Shown: piece after piece, positions 35,920 to 46,311 of the stretch
Position numbering within the stretch: position 1 is the stretch's first letter
Layout: every line of letters starts with the position of its first letter
Source of the DNA: Blepharisma stoltei ATCC 30299
Taxonomy: Eukaryota > Protista > Ciliophora
DNA length: 64,000 bases
Direction of reading: 5' to 3'
Assembly (NCBI GenBank): GCA_965603825.1
Contig: CBFDEM010000002.1
Location: forward strand, 620,001-684,000
The notes under the pieces: model-generated
What the model was told of the DNA's origin: nothing
What the model saw: the letters and a program-made list of their open reading frames with translations, nothing else
The model's database searches: none
Program-made: the position numbers and the translations under genes

Positions 35920-38140
35920 TTACAACTTTTTAAATTTAGTTGCATATTTATTAAGTCTTTCCATCCTGGCATTTGACAGTTTTAGCCCTTTTTGAATTAT
36001 TTTTTCTTCATTCCGCTTAGAAACTTCTGATAACTCTCCAGCTCTTTTTAAGGTTTTATTAGAAATTTTGTTTTGAGGCTTCAGCAAACTGCTTGGGGAT
36101 ATATTTGTTTCCTTTTTGTCTGAGTCCATAGTTTCGAAAATAGCTTGTGATGGGGTGTTTTCTAATGGGTACTCTTTTTTTAAATACTCATCAGTACTGC
36201 TATCGTCTTCAATTATTAAATTTTCATATTTAAATTCTTCTTCCCCCACCAGCTCATTTGGCTGCATATTTCCTAACCCTTTTCATGTTATAGGGTCTGA
36301 GTTTTTTCTTGCCATTTTGGCTTTATAAGTTTCTGGTGGGCTAGGGACCACTTTTCTAGCAAAAATTATTGCATCTGAAGGAACACTATGAGCTATCACA
36401 TGGGTGGAGCTTTTTCTCTGTTTATTATCCTGCTCACTTTGTTTTGTTTTTTTCCACTCCTGTACACTCTGCTTTAGTTTTTGCTTTTTCTTTAAATCAA
36501 ATTTATTGGCGATATCGTCTGCAGGGATCCTCGTTAACAAGTCAGGGCCAAAAGGCTGCGAAAATCCTTTGCATTTTTTAAGGTAAATTTGTGGATCATG
36601 AAATCCTAAAATTTCATAAAATTTATATTTTTTATCAGCAGGTTCCTGGTCTTTGAAATCAGTTCCATTAATAGAATCATATTCTGCATCTAAAAAGAGC
36701 AAGGCCATTGAGTCTAAAACTTTTATAAAAACTTCTTCGTTCATCTCTCGATGGTTTATTGCATTTTTAATGAAAATTTGTTTAATTGCTTTTTTAGGGA
36801 GGGATTTTTTGTTAGGATTTTTCGAAATGTCTAGAATTGAGAAATCCTTGCAAAATATTGTGAATTTGCCTAGATTAAGGGTTTCTGAGTTCTTTTTAAT
36901 TAGTTCAAAGTTTTGGTGGAGGCCCAGAAGATTCTGTTGGCAAGCATAAAAATTAAATACTTCGTGAATCCCAGATTTAAATCTCTCAATAAGAGGCTTT
37001 TCTTTAGAAATTCTTTTTCTAGGGTATTTTTCTTGGGACTTCTTAAGCTGAGTTTTAAGGCTTTTAAGTAAAGTCTCAATTATTGATGTATCCTCATTAT
37101 TTTGTGTTTTTTCATATTTTATTTGCTCATAATCAGAAATTGTTTTCTGAAGTTTAATTTGGAACTCATCAAACTCTGCGTAAGGAAATTGCGAATCTCC
37201 TGTAGCCCCAAAAGTTTGAACACTTCCACCAAATGGTGAGGGGCTGGATTTAGACACAACGCTCATTTCAGATGATTTTATGGCTAATCTTGGAGAGCTA
37301 CCAAAGTTCATAAGATTTAAATGATCTTTCTGGTCTAATTTTTTTTTATTCTGTTGTATCGGACTGGCTGAATTTTGTGGTATTAACTCAGGGTTATTAT
37401 TCAAAAACCAGTTATTTGCAATCGATTTAAATTCAGCCAAAGAAATTCGTATAGGTGTAACTTCAGTAGGCTGAGTTTGGTCAGTTTCTTCATCACCAAA
37501 TAACCCTCCACCAAATATGGATTTGGCAGCGTTTTTGCCTTCTTTCCAATTTTCATAGTCTTTGATGAAATTTTGTATCTGACTTTCATCAGCATTTACA
37601 TTGACATTAACTAAAAGATTTCTGAAAATATTTATCGGGTCGTCTTTTTCAAGCGTTTCGTTTAGCCATTTATCAAATTTGTCAAGCCTTTTCTGAAATT
37701 CTATGGGTGCGTTGTAAGCTGCATCTTCTTTGCTTTCAATTGCTTCATCTAGGTATTCTTCAGTATAAAATGGAAAAGCTTCATAAATATCTTTATTATC
37801 ATTTTTCGGTTGGTTTCTTCCCAGCTTCTTATTTTCTATAAGCTTTTGTTTAATAAAAATTACTAATTGGCTTAATGCAATATCGATGTCAATGTGTCTG
37901 TATTAAAATTACTCTGAGTCTTTCGGCTTGCTGATAGCGAGATTAAGGAGCTGAAAAGGAATACTGTAACTTGTGCATAACTTCTTAAGTATGGCTTGTC
38001 AGTTTTTAATATTGACAGATCCAAATTGATCAAGCACTCTGCTATACTCGCTTTGGATTAGATCTACGTTGGAGCCTTCAATGTCTCTTAATAGAGCTTC
38101 TAATCTGAATTAGGAGTTACACTTGATTTTCAGATGACAT
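35920..38140 (-). CDS. Uncharacterised protein with p25alpha/TPPP-like region
   Basis: ATG38140, introns 38105-38120 and 37898-37912, TGA=Trp near 38000 and at 36283; segment EVFNFYA...LNLGKFTIFCKDFSIL...IKQIF resembles p25alpha (tentative). Confidence 0.75.
37898..37912 (-). other. 15-nt intron gtaattttaatacag
   Basis: Removes in-frame TAA and keeps a continuous frame. Confidence 0.8.
38105..38120 (-). other. 16-nt intron gtaactcctaattcag
   Basis: Puts ATG38140 in frame with the downstream exon. Confidence 0.7.
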
Positions 38141-39600
38141 GGTTAAATATAATAAAAAACTTTAATTTAATTCCATTTAGTAAACTAATAAAATATTGAC
38201 CTTATTATAAATTCTCAACTTTTTATGTTCCTCTCATCATTCATAAAAATCAATGCTTTAAAATGGACCTCTCTTATGAATCTACTGACAAATGAATCAA
38301 AAAGGTCATTTGTGTCAATAAATTAATATAGCGTGAATTAGCTGGGAGCTTGAAGATTATTTGAGATGATAGAGCTAAGTTTAAAATTTAGGCAATAGTG
38401 AGTGAATCAGCGGAAAAATAGCTCCATAAGAGGAATATATAATCCAGATTGTCTACTAAAAACTCCTGGATTTAAATTTGAGACTTAGGCTTTTAAGCAT
38501 CTGCTTATCAGCCTATGAAACATTTTTAAATGCTTAACTCATCATACAGAAGACTAGTAGCATTTTCATGGCATAAGAGGCTTCGTCAGATACTGGAAGT
38601 TCGCTACTGAAATGCTAATAATACTAAGTAAAATTTTGAATTAAAGGAGAGTTATTTTAATGCTTGATTTTCTTAAAAATCCTTAGCAATCATAGTCAAC
38701 AATTATTTATAGTAGCTAAAGCAGGCTAGTAGCACATAATTGATTGATGCTTTTTATATATTTTTGTGATTTAGATAAATTCAACGCTTTCAATGTGAAT
38801 CATTGCTTAATTTATTTTAATAAATAAGCAGCAGATTAAGCACATATTAATTATCTTACTTAGTCAAAATCCTTTTGTTTCTAATGAAAGGCCAAACCTA
38901 GAGAGCTGCTTAGTGTTTTGATTATATAGCTAGTTAAAATACCAAGTATTATTACAATTCAGAGGGTACTCATATTTTCCTCACAAAATTGTACAAAAAT
39001 TTCTAGGTTATCTTATTTGTGAATATAAAATTTAGGCTTAAAACCCATACCATAAATAAAGAGCCAAACAAGAATTTACAAAAGAATTCAGTCGTAAAAC
39101 GAGGCTTCAATTATAATTTCCAGCCAGATGAAAATGAGATTTAATTTATTCGAATCAAAACAGTGTCTTATTAGCTGAAATTTGTAAACAATAGCATTTT
39201 AAATGAAGAAATATCTTCTAAAAATAAAACTCAACGTTTTGCATATGAAAAGGACTAATAGCCTTTAGAATGGTATAAAACTGATGTTGATCGAATTGGC
39301 AGACTTATAAAAGAAGAAGCGCTGTGAATAATAATAGCCTTAAGCTCGATAAAATGCTTTCTAATTGGTATTTTGACAAGAGTTTGATTAATAAGGTGTA
39401 TTTGAATCTTAGAGCATTTTGAAGATAATCTAAATAAAAGAAGTATCACAATTCCAAACTCTATAACTGTGGCAGTGCAATAGATTTATCTAGGCACTCG
39501 GAGCAAAAGCTTCTTAAAACAGAAGCTGCATACCTGCTATATTGAAGCAGACTATATCTTAAACTAATCATATAATTCCTACTTTATAAATAAACTAGCT

Positions 39601-41418
39601 CTATTTATTCATATCTCTAATGCAAATATCATAAGAGCACTCAGCGCAATTAAATGACCCGACCTTTGAAAATATTTCTCCACACTCATTGCAGCTATAT
39701 GCACCTCCTGAATAATTTTTCGACGATTTATTGTTCCAGCGCAGCAGATGGTCATTCTCGCATTTCTTTGTATAAGGCGAAGACAGATGAAGAGCTAAGC
39801 TATCAGCGCAGTCATTACATAGATCAAAGCAGCATTTTCTGCAGTGAAAACACTCTTCAGCTTTAGTCAGTTTGCAGCCATTGCACATAAAGGATTTTGG
39901 CTTACCTATAGACTCATAGTATGAGCAACTATCAGCATAATGCAAAATGTGTTCTTCTGGACACAAAAACCCTGGATGAGGGCCAATAGGTCCGCTATAA
40001 TAGCTAGAGCAGGAGTCACACAAGTCATAATCGCATTCATTGCAGTGTTGGCAAGCTGAATTTATAGGTGCTCTGCATTCATCACATCTTGGAAATCCGC
40101 CATATTTTGTCTGATAAATCTCTACTATATTATTTTCAATTGCCAAACGATGGTTTTTTCTGCATGTCATATCCAATCTCGGGTACTTATAGCCATGCTT
40201 AGTCCCACATTTTCTGCAGAGGTCATAAAGGCAAGTCCTGCAGTGCCAATGAGCATCATCACCTATCCCCTGGCATTCGTTACATGAATATGAAGTGGAA
40301 CCATAATTGGTTAAATAGTATGAGACTACGTCACATCTCCATTGCAGCTCTTTTGATTCAGAGCACAGCAACTTAGGCGGGGTCATATTTTTTGCTAATC
40401 CACATTCTTCACACACGTCATATTTGCAGTCTCGGCAATGCCAGCAGCCCGTCGAAAAATTTTTTCCACAGAGATTGCAAAATATCATCCAAGTTCCAGA
40501 GATTTCTTTATAATGGAATGGGACATCATTTGCCCAGGCTAAAGCATGGCCACTGTCACAGGTGAATGGTTTATTAAGATCAATGGGTTTTTCTGATGGC
40601 TGACCAGAGTTTAATAAAATTGCAGTATCTGCGACAACTGCTTCAGACTCTTCTTCATTTTTATCTAAAATGGATTTTATTTTAGACTCAAAGATTTGAG
40701 CTGCGTTTTTGATGTCAAAAGGCCTGTACTGTTTGAGTAAAAATTGACGAATTTGATATGGATCTATCAATGTTTTTAGCCCTGCAGGTAAGTTTTTAGC
40801 TTTTGTTTTTAGATCTTCTAAGCTTATACTACTTTCTGCCATCACTGTCGTTCTTTTAACTAGCCCTAACGCCAGCCACAAAGAAGCCACTAATTTTGTT
40901 TCGTAAATCCTAAGCCTGCTTTTACTGATTGTTTCTTCATCATCTCCTTGAGCTACCCAAATCATCTTAATAGCAGTTGCGAAAACATCTCTTATCATTA
41001 GTTCAAACTTCGCAATATCCATTGCAGGAAGCTGAGCTGACTCTACCTTATTCATTTCGTCAGCTATATAAATTTTGTAGAGCTGTGAGACTTTTTCCTC
41101 CTCAGAGCCGAGTCCAAGAAGAACACAAACAATTTTCAGCTTTTTCGCGTCGATTTGTTCACTGTTGCCAATAGACCTATAAAAAGAGTTGAATGGGTTT
41201 GTAGGAAAGGAGAGAAAAGAGGAGTCGATTTTTAGCGATGCTAAAACTTCTTTTAGACCTGCAATAGTGATAAAACCTTGGTTTTCTTTAGCAGCGAATT
41301 GACTTACAAGGTTTACAGCTTTAGAGGTATGCAATCCCATTTCGAGCTGCTTGAGGAAAATAATCCTTTCGTCGTCTGATACAATTTCAATAGGAGCATT
41401 CGACCCACAACAGCCCAT
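39601..41418 (-). CDS. N-acylated protein with five Cys/His-rich (ZZ/DC1-like) zinc repeats
   Basis: Starts MGCCGSN; repeats C-x3-H(x)L...CxxC...HCxxCxYDxCxxC. Confidence 0.8.
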   Translation of the reverse strand: MGCCGSNAPIEIVSDDERIIFLKQLEMGLHTSKAVNLVSQFAAKENQGFITIAGLKEVLASLKIDSSFLSFPTNPFNSFYRSIGNSEQIDAKKLKIVCVLLGLGSEEEKVSQLYKIYIADEMNKVESAQLPAMDIAKFELMIRDVFATAIKMIWVAQGDDEETISKSRLRIYETKLVASLWLALGLVKRTTVMAESSISLEDLKTKAKNLPAGLKTLIDPYQIRQFLLKQYRPFDIKNAAQIFESKIKSILDKNEEESEAVVADTAILLNSGQPSEKPIDLNKPFTCDSGHALAWANDVPFHYKEISGTWMIFCNLCGKNFSTGCWHCRDCKYDVCEECGLAKNMTPPKLLCSESKELQWRCDVVSYYLTNYGSTSYSCNECQGIGDDAHWHCRTCLYDLCRKCGTKHGYKYPRLDMTCRKNHRLAIENNIVEIYQTKYGGFPRCDECRAPINSACQHCNECDYDLCDSCSSYYSGPIGPHPGFLCPEEHILHYADSCSYYESIGKPKSFMCNGCKLTKAEECFHCRKCCFDLCNDCADSLALHLSSPYTKKCENDHLLRWNNKSSKNYSGGAYSCNECGEIFSKVGSFNCAECSYDICIRDMNK

Positions 41419-41785
41419 TGTACAAAGTCTATTATAACAAAAAATATGGATTTTTTGAAAAACACCTATCAAATCTGAATTTCATTATTTAATTTAAATT
41501 ATTCTAAACTCATTCAAGCAGTGATCCTATTTCTTGCAAGAGCAATTAATGAGGCATAGAAATGCTGATTTTTATGGCTCTTAAGCAGTTTTCATTATTC
41601 GTCCCACAAGAATCCAATACATTTTATAAGGAAAACCAGCTTTATCTATGCATCTGATATTTGGGCTGAATGTTGTTCTTTTACTCATCAACTTCCGGCA
41701 GAGAACGTGCTATCAATAGCGTTATTATCTAATTAATTAATATTAATATCATGATGATTGCAAAAATTTTTATTTTAATAATAAA

Positions 41786-42854
41786 ATGAAAGTGCCATCT
41801 TTTACAGATTTGCTTGGGCCACTTCCAGGGATTATTGCAGGGTTAAAGAGCTATAGGCTTTTTAAAGCCATTGATAGCCCAAATAATGCTAAAGCTTTAA
41901 AGTTTTTAAAGAAGAAAAGGAACATTTTTAACTTAAAACAAGCAAACACAGGTCTGAATCCTCTGCACTTAGTTACTATGAAAAATGATACTCAGTTAAT
42001 TGAAGCGATCACAGTCAGGCAGGACTGCAAAGCACACATAAATGACCAAGATAATGATCAGCAATGGGCTGCTATTCATTTTGCAGCACAAAATGGCAAT
42101 TCAGAAGCTTTAACATATTTCCTCAAACTAGGAGCTAATATTTCAATTAAAAACAAAGAAGGCTCTGGGCCAATTCATATAGCAGCTGGGCACAATCACA
42201 AAGACTTCATTCAAAAACTAATCGAAAGAAGTGTCCATATAGATGAAAGAGACGCAAAAATGAGAACAGCCCTTCATTATTCCGCAGTCCAAAACTTCGC
42301 AGACCTCGCAGAATGGCTCGTCTCGAAAGGTGCCTCCACTTCTGTGGTCGACAGTGTTGGAATGACCCCAATTTATGTAGCTGTGCATGCTGGTAGCTTC
42401 AACGTCACTGAATTTTTGCATAACTATAAAGACGGATATACAAAAATCCCAGGAAGCAAATGCAAGCTAATCCATTTAGCTTGCAGACACCAAGACACAA
42501 AAATCCTTGAATTTTTGCATGCAAATGGGCATGATTTGTGGGATTTTGATAATGAGGTAATTGACAAGAAAGGTTGATAGAGAAAGTGTGTATCATTATG
42601 CAGCTCTTGATGGGGCAGTCAACTGCATAGACTATTTGGTTAGTAAGAATATAGCAATTGATAGACAGGACTCGAGAGGCTTGACACCGCTACATATTGC
42701 GGTAGGAGTGAAGAATTTGGCAGTTATAAAGAAACTATGTGAAGCAGGAGCGAAACTTGATATACCGAATATTGAAGGACTGAGTCCGTTTGATATGGCT
42801 GAGAGTGTCCGTGATCATGCGACTTTGACTTTATTGAGGAGGTTTAAGAGATAA
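41786..42854 (+). CDS. Ankyrin-repeat protein
   Basis: Repeated PLH/ALH/AIH ankyrin motifs; two ORFs joined by intron 42557-42572. Confidence 0.88.
42557..42572 (+). other. 16-nt intron gtaattgacaagaaag
   Basis: Required to change frame between the ankyrin ORFs; atypical purine-rich AAG acceptor. Confidence 0.75.
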
Positions 42855-43399
42855 ATAATAATTAAGTGGTAGGATTTGGCTTTTTGAAATGAAAAATCAA
42901 AATTTTCTTATAGCATATACGATAAGTTAAGCAAATTCAGATGTAATGAAACATTTGGAATGGATAATTGTCGAAATATATGAATATTCAGAATCAAGCG
43001 TAGCTATCAGAGATCAGGATAGAAATTCATCATATTAATTGCAGCCCATAATAAAAATTATTATATTTAGTATGGCTTATGAGAATATAAATTAAAGATT
43101 GAAATTAAATAATATTATATTCGCTTATATGAGATTAATAGCTAATGATAATACAGTACGATAGCTTTATAACTAAAACAATAATATATATATTAACCAT
43201 TTGATAATTTGCTAGCATTTGCATATAAATAAATAATTATCTTCCTATCACATATATTATATTTCGCTGAGCCCAGGCAATCCAAAAATAAATGATTTTA
43301 GCCTCCTATTTCAAATAACACCAATATTTTATTTCCATTTTTGCCAACGAAAAATTGGTGTTATCTAATTTATCTTTTTAAGTCTCGATAATTTTTATA

Positions 43400-44275
43400 A
43401 TGGGGAACTGTCAACAATCTTTCTTCACAAAAACGATAACGTTTATCTTCGATCCTCGATTTTTCCCAGTCCCTAAGCGTACTCAGAAGGTCCCAGCCAA
43501 TACCACAATAAAATCCCTTTGCCGAGAACTAAAATCGCTAATGTCCCCATCATTTCCTAGACATGCTCACTCAATAAATCTCCGATTTCGAGAAAAAACT
43601 TACTATCACAAAGACATCACCCTTCTTTCTGAGCTTTTCATTAAAAAAGGTGAAAAAATATTCGTGCATGTCGTTCCCAAATCAAAAGATTTCCGACTGA
43701 TAAATGTAAAGATCCACTGCTGCAAACACTCAAATATATGCCTTTCAGTGTCGAATGAGTCTACTATTTCTCAGCTAGAAGATTCAATTTCAGGCTTAAA
43801 AGGCTGCTGCTCTAATCACTCTTGCAAGTTATTGTGCGACGACCTAGAACTTAGGTCAGATGAAAGCTGTGAGTTCCCTCCCGGGCATTCTTTGCATGCT
43901 CTTTACCAAGGACAACATTTAGGATGTGCCCCAAGTCCTTGAAAAATTAAACAGCCAGGGCTGATACAAGAAGGGATATGCATGAATCAGAACTGTCTTG
44001 CTTATAAGCAGTCAGTATGCATTAATAAAGGACTCGGGAAGTTCAACCTGGTTAATGAGAACGAAATTGGAGAGCACCGTTGTACAATGTGCGAACAAAA
44101 TTTGTATAATACCAAAAGATTTGGATTTATTAATTGTTGGTATCAATATGTAGCATATGGCAGAGATGGAGGAACACAGCAAGAAACTTGTACAGCTGGC
44201 TTCACATATTGTGAATTCGACCTCTTCAAAAACTTTGACTGGGAAAGGTTAGATGTTTTGGTTTCAAAATTGTAA
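43400..44275 (+). CDS. Tandem ubiquitin-like domains + Cys-rich C-terminal domain
   Basis: TGA=Trp at 43940 joins the ORFs (SP-W-KIKQPGLIQEGICMNQNCLAY); two Ubl-like segments (TTIKSL, STISQL); MGNC start. Confidence 0.7.
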
Positions 44276-44370
44276 GTTTAATTATTTATTAATACGAATC
44301 CTTATGTTAAATTTCTTATTACTATTAAAAAATATTTAAATAGAAATCCCTGATATAAAATTATAATAAA

Positions 44371-44607
44371 ATGATGGTGAAATCAATGCTCAGTTTTTGC
44401 TTATTTTTAGTAGCATTTGCAGAGGAAGCAGCAACAGACGATTCAAGCATTGATGTAGGACTCGAACAAATCTGTATTTGGCTCCCGATTGTGCTAGTTC
44501 TTACAGTTGGGTCTGCAGTGTATGCTCTCTTCAATATGGATGAAGGAAGAGACTCATTACTAAACGCAAAATTCTTAATTGCTGAGCCAAGCCATGAAAG
44601 ACATTAA
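44371..44607 (+). CDS. Small type I membrane protein, ATP6AP2 (M8.9)-like
   Basis: Signal peptide, short acidic linker, TM helix QICIWLPIVLVLTVGSAVYALF, tail NMDEGRDSLL. Confidence 0.65.
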   Translation: MMVKSMLSFCLFLVAFAEEAATDDSSIDVGLEQICIWLPIVLVLTVGSAVYALFNMDEGRDSLLNAKFLIAEPSHERH

Positions 44608-44846
44608 ATAATCAAAATTCCTAATAGAAATAGAAAGATTATGGTATTAAGGCAACATATGAATAATTTATCATATAAATCTACCTATAAAAGCTTCTAC
44701 GCTTAACGACGTAAATTTTCTTTACATATTTGGCAATTCATACTTATCCCAATTGAATTTTACTTGAAATAATCAAGCGCTTAAAATTATTTTATTTATA
44801 CAAATTTTCCTTATTATTTCTACTCAATTTAAATCTATTAGAATGC

Positions 44847-46226
44847 TTATGAGGTATTAATATCTTGCAGTGCGAAATATTGCGTGACTGCTTGGTTGAT
44901 TTGTCTCCTCATTTCTTGTTTCATCTGGCTCCTAGCTCTTAGTCTGTAATACAGCAAAGCAAATATTAATAAGCAGAAGAACCCAAGCAGTATCATTATC
45001 AAAGTGGTCATAGAAACCATATACTGATTTTCTGGCCAATCACTTCCATATCCATTATCAAAGCAGCTCTGAGGCGTTTCTTCAAAAGCTGAACAAATTG
45101 CATCAAGGACGTCTTTGCTATCCCAATTTCCCATGTACGTTTGATTATTAATCACAATAGCAGGGTAAAACTGCACTCCAGAGTGCTTCCACTTCCTCCT
45201 TTCTTGCCTTAAAATACTATTATCGTCCATTGTTACATTTTTGCCTCCTTCAGTTGAATCTTTTATGCATTTATCGATATCTTTATAATCCATCCCAATC
45301 TCATTAATAATTTTTTTTGAGCATTCTTCTGTAAATGATGATATACACCTTTTCCTGAAGAGAGACATGTATTTAAACCATACTTTGTGGGATCCTTTTG
45401 CCTCTGATGTCATCCATAAGCATTTTTGTCTTAAATCTTCAGCTACAATGCTTTTTCCTGTAAGTGGTCCGAGACCGTCAGGGTCTGCTGCGCAGTATCT
45501 GCCACCACTTAAGCAGTTATCGACTGGAGATGTGAAGTTGTTATCAGCACATACAGAACATCTCCAGTGTACGTAATTTGGAGAAAATGTAACAAGGCTG
45601 AAGTCAACTTCATTTATAGTGTCATACAATTCCGAGACAAAGTCCAAAATTTTCAAATTGTCACTGGACATTCATAGACCTAATTCGACATGGAGATATG
45701 ATTTTCTCATTGAAAACTCAAGCCCAATTTCTACTATTTCGCCTGAAATGATCTCATTTATTATATCGTGCCCATCGCTCTTTGTTATAAGAGCACTTGG
45801 GATGTTCACGTCTGTACCTACCCCATCGTCACTTAGAACATGTTCATTAATATCTCCATCCATGCTATTTGCTATAATCACACAATTAACCCCGATTTCT
45901 TGGGCATGCTTTACTTTAAGTGTATTTGGACATCTGCCTATTTCAACTATAAGGAATGATGCCTGGAACTCTTCTGGCTGATGGACTGTTAAGTTTGTGA
46001 AAGGGAGACAGCCAAGTCTTTCACCTTCATTTGGCAAATAGACTTTTCCTATAATTTTTCTTCCATATGGCGGATTTCCAAAGTTTGCAATTGAGATTGG
46101 TATTGAATTTTTATCGTATCTTTGAACAATACTGTCTTTTAGAGTTCTTGGGCGATAAATTGTGATATCTGCTGAAATGAAAACGCTGAAGGTGATTAAT
46201 AGAGAAAAGACTCTAAATAATACCAT
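44847..46226 (-). CDS. Vacuolar sorting receptor (BP-80/VSR family)
   Basis: ANFGNPPYG, PA domain, NCLSGGRYCAADPDG, EDLRQKC, TM, YFAL sorting motif; abutting ORFs joined by TGA=Trp at 45672. Confidence 0.9.
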
Positions 46227-46311
46227 TTTCTTTATTTATTATTAGACTTATTGATATTTGAATATTGGAGAACTCTTTTTATATTCCAGATTATTTTTAT
46301 ATTTTTTTACA

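Noticed and set aside
41520-41760. Possible C/D snoRNA in the divergent intergenic region
   Set aside because: TGATGA-like boxes are present, but I found no properly placed CTGA partner, terminal stem or rRNA antisense element.
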